Under the pieces are notes generated by a model, which was not told the DNA's origin, ran no database searches, and saw nothing but the letters and a program-made list of their open reading frames with translations. From positions 1 through 14,336 of the forward strand of contig NW_021825822.1 of assembly GCF_006345805.1 (NCBI RefSeq): a DNA stretch of 14,336 nucleotides. Reading direction: 5' to 3'. Source of the stretch: Octopus sinensis (Eukaryota). The translations under genes were made by a program, and so were the position numbers. The first letter of the stretch is position 1; the number at the start of each line of letters is the position of its first letter. This document shows, piece by piece, positions 7,886 to 14,336 of this stretch.

Positions 7886-8345
7886 GTGTGCATGCGTGTG
7901 TTAGTGTGTGTGAGTGTGTGTGTGTGTGTGTGCGTGCGTGTGTGTATGTGTGCCTGTGCGTGGGTCTCTGTATGTGTGTGCATGCGTGTGTGTGTGTGTG
8001 TGCATGTGTGTATGAAATTGCTGGCCTTGTGCCAAAATTTGAAACCAATATTGTGCCTGCGTATGTGTATGTGTGTCTGTGTGTCTGTGTGTGTGTGTGT
8101 GCCTCTGTGTCTGTACATACGTGTGTGTATGTATGCGCAAGCGTATGTGTATGTGTATATGTGTGTGTATGTGTATATATGTGTGTATGTGTATATATAT
8201 GTGTCTGTGTGTGTGTGCGTGTGTGCGTGTGCGTGTATGTCTGTGTTCTGTGTGTGTGCATGCGTGTGTGTATGTGTGCATGCGTGTGTATGTGTGCATG
8301 TGTGTGTCTGAGTGTGTGTGCTTGCGTGTGTGCGTGCGTGTGTGT
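7886..8345. repeat. Degenerate (GT)n/(GTAT)n array containing a duplicated SINE tail
   Basis: Direct reading. 8013-8055 repeats 7846-7888. Confidence 0.9.
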
Positions 8346-8577
8346 TTCTTTTATTCTTTCTTTTACTTGTTTCAGTCATTTTGACTGCGGCCATGCTGAA
8401 GCACCGCCTTTAGTCGAACAAATCGCCCCCAGGACTTATTTTCTGTAAGCCTAGAGTCTTCTATTATAGCCTCGACTATAGTAGAAGACACTTACCCAAG
8501 GTGCCACGCAGTGGGACTGAACCCGGAACCATGTGGTTGGGAAGCAAGGTACTTACCACACAGCCACTCCTGCGCCT
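8346..8577 (-). mobile_element. Family 1 SINE with large internal deletion and fold-back junction
   Basis: Tail (8346-8455) and head (8476-8577) match the ends of the 1491-1966 copy. The middle of about 250 bp is absent. Confidence 0.9.
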
Positions 8578-8869
8578 CTAACTTCAGGAGAGCTTGCCGT
8601 CTATATCTCATATGAATCTTTTCAACCGTTCGGAGTCTTAAGTCATTGACATAGCACCGTTTCTTTGCGAGTACTTTTTCCATTGCATACGATAATAACT
8701 GTTTTTAAATACTGTTTCCGTGTGTCCGTGTGTCCGTGTGTGTTCATGCATGCGTGCCTTTAAGTGGGTACATATGTTTGCGTATGTATCTGTGCGCATG
8801 TGTATGCAGACGTGATTCAGCTAGCATAGAACTTTGTCTATCTGCTCATCTATTTACTTCACTGTAATC

Positions 8870-8894
8870 CTCTGTTCCTCTCACCATTCCTCTC

Positions 8895-8930
<36 letters not shown>

Positions 8931-8945
8931 ATTCTCTTTCTCCCT
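8870..8945. repeat. (CT)n microsatellite
   Basis: Direct reading. Confidence 0.9.
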
Positions 8946-9263
8946 ACCTCTTGTCGTCTCTGTCTCCGTGTTTCACCTTCTTTCTCTACGAGAATTGCAG
9001 TTATTAAGGCTCACGCTAACAGCAACCGAGCAGAACAAAAAATAAACTATGAACAGCGACTTCCCAGCCGTGACCATCTCTTATTGTTTGTTTTTCATGT
9101 GAACATTGACCTTGCAGGTATACATTCAAGCAGGGCATCAGCAGCGTCACCCCTTAACGGACTGGAGGGACGCCAAAAGTGATGAGCACATCGCCTTTCT
9201 CTTCTAGCAAACTTATCACTGGAGGAGTAATGGGCGACGGAGGTGTACGGGGCAGAGTAGAAC

Positions 9264-9304
<41 letters not shown>

Positions 9305-9338
9305 AGCAGCAGCAGCGGCAGCAGCAGCAGCAGCAGCG

Positions 9339-9375
<37 letters not shown>

Positions 9376-9720
9376 TAGTTGTAGGAGGAGGAGGAGGAGT
9401 TGTAATGGTGTGATGCTGCCAGCAATGAGGTGATGTGTGTAGCGATGTAACGATGGTAGAAGCGAGGAGGCGGATGCAGAGATGACTTGATCGTGGTGAC
9501 GATGGTGACGGTGATGCTGGCAGTAATGGTGCAGTCAGTAATAGTGATGGTGGCGGAGGGGATGGGGGGAGATGGTAGTGAGGATGAGGGTGGTGGTGGT
9601 GGTGGTGGTGGTGGCAGTGGTGGTGGTGGTGGTGGCGGTGGTGGTGTTGGTTGTGCTGGCTGCTGTTGATGGTGTTAGCTGCCGCTGCCGCTGCTCCTGC
9701 TGTTGGTGGTGCTGGTGGTC
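9264..9720. repeat. Mosaic trinucleotide array (TAG/CAG/GAG/GAT/GGT/GCT)
   Basis: Direct reading. Confidence 0.9.
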
Positions 9721-9861
9721 CTCGTGGTACTAGAGTCGACGTTAGTGAATGTTGGTATGGTACTATTATTCTCTGTAAAACGTATCTGGGAACTCGTCCA
9801 CTTTGCAAGTGCTCTGGTGTGTGCGTGTGTGCGTCTGTGTGTGTGTGTGTGTACATACATT

Positions 9862-9862
<1 letters not shown>

Positions 9863-9898
<36 letters not shown>

Positions 9899-9911
9899 TA
9901 GATACAGATGA

Positions 9912-9942
<31 letters not shown>

Positions 9943-10060
9943 TAGATAGATAGATAGACAGACACACAGCAGACAGGCAGGCAGGCAGAATATAGATAGA
10001 CGGACGGACGACGTACAGAAGCAGACAGACAGATAGATGTGAGAGAGAGAGACAAGCAGG

Positions 10061-10093
<33 letters not shown>

Positions 10094-10145
10094 GACGGAC
10101 GGACGGACGGACGGACGGACGGACAGGGACAGAGACAGACAGGAC

Positions 10146-10229
<84 letters not shown>
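9863..10229. repeat. Compound tetranucleotide array (CAGA)n-(TAGA)n-(GGAC)n-(GATA)n
   Basis: Direct reading. Confidence 0.95.
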
Positions 10230-10231
<2 letters not shown>

Positions 10232-10394
10232 GTTTCTTTATTGGCGACACAGGGCCGAACACAGGGGGCGGGGGACAAAATACAATGTAGAGCTTTTCTT
10301 TCCGCAAATATAAAAAGAGGAGAAATATAAAATTCCGATCTAAAAGGATCATGAAAAATAAAAGACCAAATCCCCTCATTCAGCCCGAGGGCGT

Positions 10395-10451
10395 GACTGA
10401 ACCCGAAACCAATTGATTGGGAGGCAAAATTCTAACTATACTCCTGCGCCT
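10395..10451 (-). mobile_element. Degenerate family 1 SINE head fragment
   Basis: gactgaacccgaaacca...ttgggaggcaa...ctcctgcgcct matches 8515-8577 with an internal deletion. Confidence 0.7.
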
Positions 10452-10456
10452 ATGTA

Positions 10457-11144
10457 CAGGATGCGTAAGGTATTTGAGGACATACCTTTTTGGGGTCATT
10501 GCTGCATTTTTTGCTAACTCCTTGTTTCAGAAAATAATAATGGCAGACCCTCGGCTTACTCAAGAAATGAAGAGGCATGCTGTTACTGTGGTTATAAAAG
10601 CTGATCATAGGGATTTAGAAAAATCTCGATTTTAAAAGTTGCCAGATCTTTTGTTTACAAAGTTTGTAAGGAGTTAGAGACTCTAGATGGAAACATATCA
10701 TCAGTATCAAAGCATAAAAAGCATTCTAAACGCTCTGAAATCATCAAAACATTTGAATTTATACAAGGTCCACAGACCATTGATTACAATCTCATGAAGT
10801 CCATGAAGTCAATTGCAAAAAATCTCCATGTATCAGAAGGAACAGTCAGAAATGTTGTCCACAAAGACGTCAGATATAAGTCATATATAAGGAGGAAAGA
10901 TCAATTTGTCAGAAAAAGCAAAAGAAAAGTATATCAGATCTAAAAGGCTCTTAAACAAACTGAAAAATCCAGCAGAAAATGACTTGATTTGGTTTTCCTC
11001 AAACGAGACAAACTTCGATCAAGATCAAAAGTTAACAGAAGAAATGACAGATGGCTATGTGCAGACCCTTCTGAAGTTCCAAGTGTTATGCATACATAAT
11101 TTCCTACAACTGTCATGGTTTTAGGGTTTGTCAGCAATGTAGGG
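10457..11144 (+). mobile_element. Tc1/mariner-superfamily DNA transposon (maT/DD37D-like), 5' half with transposase pseudogene
   Basis: Begins TA|CAGGATG (putative TA target site at 10455-10456). ATG at 10540. Frameshifted translation: MADPRLTQEMKRHAV.../LKVARSFVYKVCKEL...SIAKNLHVSEGTVRNVVHKDVRYKSY (HTH)/...KRLLNKLKNP...IWFSSNETNFDQDQK/VNRRNDRWLCADPSEVP..MHT*FPTTVMVLGFVSN. The first catalytic Asp has become Asn (11002-11004). Subfamily is inferred from motifs; the DxD spacing is not present to confirm it. Confidence 0.85.
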
Positions 11145-11745
11145 CAGTCAATCAATCAGTCACAATCAATCAATCAGTCTGTCAATCAATCAGTCAATCA
11201 ATCAGTCAGTCAATTAATTAGCTTTTCCATTAGTCAATCACGCACAATTTGTCATTCATTCAGTCACACAGTGAATTAGACAGTCAGTCATAATCAGTGA
11301 ATCAATCAATAACATTTAGTGACTCGATCAAGCAATCAATCAGTCAGTCAATCAGAATCAGTCAATTACAATTAGTCAATCAATAACAGTCAGTCAATCA
11401 ATCAAGCAGACAACCAGTCAGTCAATCAGTCAGTAAATCAAAGTCAGTCAATCACAATCAGTTAACCAATCACAGTCAATCAATCAAGCAATCAATCAGT
11501 CAGTCAATCACAATTAGTCAATCAATCAATTACGACCAGTCAATCAATCAAGCAAGCAATTATTCAGTCACTCAGTTAATTACAATTAGCCAATCACACT
11601 AGATCAGTCAATCAATCAGCCAGACAGTCAGTCAGCCAGTTAGTCGAGCAGTCGTTCAGTTAATTACTGTCAGTCAGCCAATCAATTAATCAATCAGTTA
11701 ATTAGTCAATCAGTCACTCAGTCACTCAGCCACTCGGTTAATCAG
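11145..11745. repeat. Cryptic (CAAT/CAGT)n tetranucleotide satellite, about 600 bp
   Basis: Shuffled caat, cagt, caag and tagt units. Confidence 0.9.
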
Positions 11746-12159
11746 TACTTTTAAGTGTGTATGTCCATATTTACGTTATCTTCGTTAAAGCCTCTTTTCG
11801 TTTGTTTCTTGGCAAAGACACCCGATTTATTCCGTGCTAGAAATTGATATTTAAAAAACTCAAACTTTAAACGAAATTTTCAAGAAAATTTCCTTGTTTT
11901 GATTTATATCGATTTTACAAGGCAATGGCTACATTGATAGCGATCTTCTAAAACTGACCCCACGCAATAAATAGACCCCTTCCATCCAACAACTTTCTCT
12001 AATATGAATGTCAGATTTATTATATAATAAATCTTGGTCCATTTAGAAGATCTCTGTAGAATCTATGTAGGTATCGTTCCAGTCCAATTCTAAAGAACCA
12101 TCTGCAAATGCGATCATAACACAGATGGAAATTGCTTTTAGCTAAGTTTCAATAAATAT

Positions 12160-12172
12160 GTATGTGTTTGTG

Positions 12173-12232
<60 letters not shown>

Positions 12233-12284
12233 ATGTAATATATATGTGTGTGTATATAATATATATATATACACACACAGACAC

Positions 12285-12315
<31 letters not shown>

Positions 12316-12330
12316 TGTATGTATGTATGT
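12160..12330. repeat. (AT)n and (TATG)n microsatellites
   Basis: Direct reading. Confidence 0.95.
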
Positions 12331-12518
12331 GATCCTGCCAAAATATTTCGTTCTCATTTCGCACCCACGTAATTTTACTTGCATCAGTCTTTAAGTATTT
12401 CTACAAAGAATTATGCCACCCATATCTGACTTAGATTCGATAGAATTGTGGACCAGCATCGATTTTATTTTGTATCATTTCGCAGGGTCGGTAGGAAGTG
12501 AATCTGTTAAGAACTGCG

Positions 12519-12567
<49 letters not shown>

Positions 12568-13038
12568 TGAGGGTATAAGAGGTAACGGTGTCATTGAGAC
12601 CCAAAGGTGTCAGGTAATGTTGAATAAGGGCTATAGTTAAGTATATAGACCATAGTTAAGTTCCAGGTTCAGTAATTTTGCGAATAAGGGGTTCAACGTT
12701 GGTCATATGTCAGCGTGTAATGAGATAAAAAAAAACAAGGCTGTGTAGATATTAGAACATTTATAGATAGAAGGTCTTACAGCTTGAATATTTATTAACT
12801 ATATCCCTTCATCGGAGACGGTGTGAGAGGACGGTTAAGTAAAAGTAAATTTCGATAGGATGCAAAATAGAGAGTGAGTGGAGGAAAGAAAACAGATGTG
12901 AGATATGAAGGGATATTAAAGTTGTAGATCCATGTTTTAAGCAGAATGGTATAAATGTAAGATCCCAATACCTTATGAGTAAAATCCAACAGAATTTATT
13001 TATATATATATATAATATATATCTATATATATATATTA

Positions 13039-13143
13039 CCTTGACCGACCAGACTATCAGATGTTGTTACAACTCGCTGGTCACAATGCGCTTCGCATGT
13101 TTTAGCCTTCAAATGACGCCACCCCGCTGGCTAAGCGAGCAGG

Positions 13144-13144
<1 letters not shown>
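13039..13144. repeat. Complex, relatively GC-rich island between (AT)n tracts; probable interspersed-repeat fragment
   Basis: Sharp compositional boundaries. The sequence (gaccgaccagactatcagatgttg...ccccgctggctaagcgagcagg) resembles a recurring octopus repeat from memory; no second copy in this window. Confidence 0.4.
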
Positions 13145-13174
<30 letters not shown>

Positions 13175-13187
13175 ATTATATATTATA

Positions 13188-13230
<43 letters not shown>

Positions 13231-13326
13231 GTGTGTGTGTGTATATATGTATTATGTATATGTATGTATGTATGTATGTATGAATTTATATATATATATT
13301 ATATATATATATATAACTATATATAG

Positions 13327-13389
<63 letters not shown>

Positions 13390-13402
13390 GTATGTATGTA
13401 TG
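13145..13402. repeat. (AT)n/(TATG)n microsatellite
   Basis: Direct reading. Confidence 0.95.
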
Positions 13403-13618
13403 CATAGGAGAAAACTAACGAAAACACGTGATTTAAAATGAAGCACGGTTATATTGGTTGACCACGGGACATGGGAGGATGCGAAGGAAGGAAATATCTT
13501 TTACGTTTGGAGTTTACACTCTTCTGAAAGTAAGGAGAGACAAGGCGAAAAGACAAAATGAAGAAGTGAAAATGGTGAACCAAACAACGCACGTGTGTAC
13601 GACTGTTGCGGCATGCTG

Positions 13619-13619
<1 letters not shown>

Positions 13620-13657
<38 letters not shown>

Positions 13658-14336
13658 TGTGTGCGTACGTGCGCGTGTGTGTGTGTGTGTGTATGTGTGT
13701 ATGTGCATGTGTATGTGCGTGTGTGTGCAGGTGTGTGTGCGTGTGCACGTGTGTGCGTGTGTGTGTTTGTGCACGTGTGTGTGTGCGTGGTGTGCATGTG
13801 TGTGTTCATGTTTGTGTGCGGGTGTGTGTGTGTGTGTGTGTCCATGTGTGTGCTTGCGTGTGTGTGCGTGTGTGTGTGTGTGTGTGTGTGCGTGTGTGTA
13901 TGTGCATGTGTATGTGCGTGTGTGTGCGTGCAGGTGTGTGTGCGTGCAGGTGTGTGTGCGTGCAGGTGTGTGTGCGTGCAGGTCTGTGTGCGTGCAGGTG
14001 TGTGTGCGTGCAGGTGTGTGTGCGTGTGCATGTGTGTGCTTGTGTGTGTGCGCGTGTGTGTTTGTGCACGTGTGTGTGTTCGTGAGTGTGCATGTGTGTG
14101 TTCATGTTTGTGTGCGTGTGTGTGTCTGTGTCCATGTGTGTGCTTGCGTGTGTGTGCGTGTGTGTGTGTGTGTGCGTGTGTGTGCGTGTGTGTATATGTG
14201 TATGTGCATGTGTATGTGCGTGTGTGTGCGTGCAGGTGTGTGTGCGTGTGCACGTGTGTGTGCTTGCTTGTGTGTGCATGTATGTGTTCATGTTTGTGTG
14301 CGTGTGTGTCTGTGTCTGTGTCCATGTGTGTGCTTG
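13620..14336. repeat. (GT)-derived array with a 16-bp minisatellite and higher-order repeats
   Basis: caggtgtgtgtgcgtg x6 at 13931-14026. Landmark ttcatgtttgtgtgcg recurs at 13805, 14101 and 14287. Confidence 0.9.

Noticed and set aside
8580-8683. MEKVLAKKRCYVNDLRLRTVEKIHMRYRRQALLK (minus), vaguely like an RTE-LINE RT C-terminus
   Set aside because: Too short and weak to support, and the rest of the listed ORF is SINE sequence.
12413-12640. ORF 12413-12640 and the acceptor-like tttcgcag at about 12478-12485
   Set aside because: The frame runs into (AT)n, the donor is weak, and no domain is recognisable.
13931-14026. Regular 16-bp repeats as a CRISPR-like array
   Set aside because: Head-to-tail units with no unique spacers in a eukaryotic microsatellite context.
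158-14325. The many supplied ORFs rich in YI, CV, HT, YLSI or DRQT runs
   Set aside because: They are translations of (AT)n, (GT)n, (GATA)n and (CAGA)n microsatellites, which lack stop codons in some frames.

Overview
Repeat-saturated, AT-rich non-coding eukaryotic DNA with no supportable intact protein-coding gene. The organism is most likely an octopus (coleoid cephalopod); this is an inference from my recollection of octopus SINE sequences and was not verified by search. Nearly all ORFs in the supplied track are artefacts of (AT)n, (GT)n, tri- and tetranucleotide microsatellites. Real content: (i) at least three short interspersed repeat families, two with tRNA-type Pol III A/B boxes; (ii) a decayed Penelope-like retroelement (PLE) region at about 4.0-6.4 kb, with a frameshifted GIY-YIG endonuclease between two diverged ~200-bp direct repeats; (iii) four hammerhead-ribozyme (HHR)-like motifs at 48-83 (-), 4212-4254 (+), 5786-5818 (+) and 6315-6365 (+), the last nearly intact; (iv) a 5' fragment of a Tc1/mariner (maT/DD37D-like) transposon cut off by a cryptic (CAAT/CAGT)n satellite; (v) a 130-bp MITE-like element. 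The most notable signal is the HHR cluster. PLE-associated HHRs are an established phenomenon, so I do not claim a new system.
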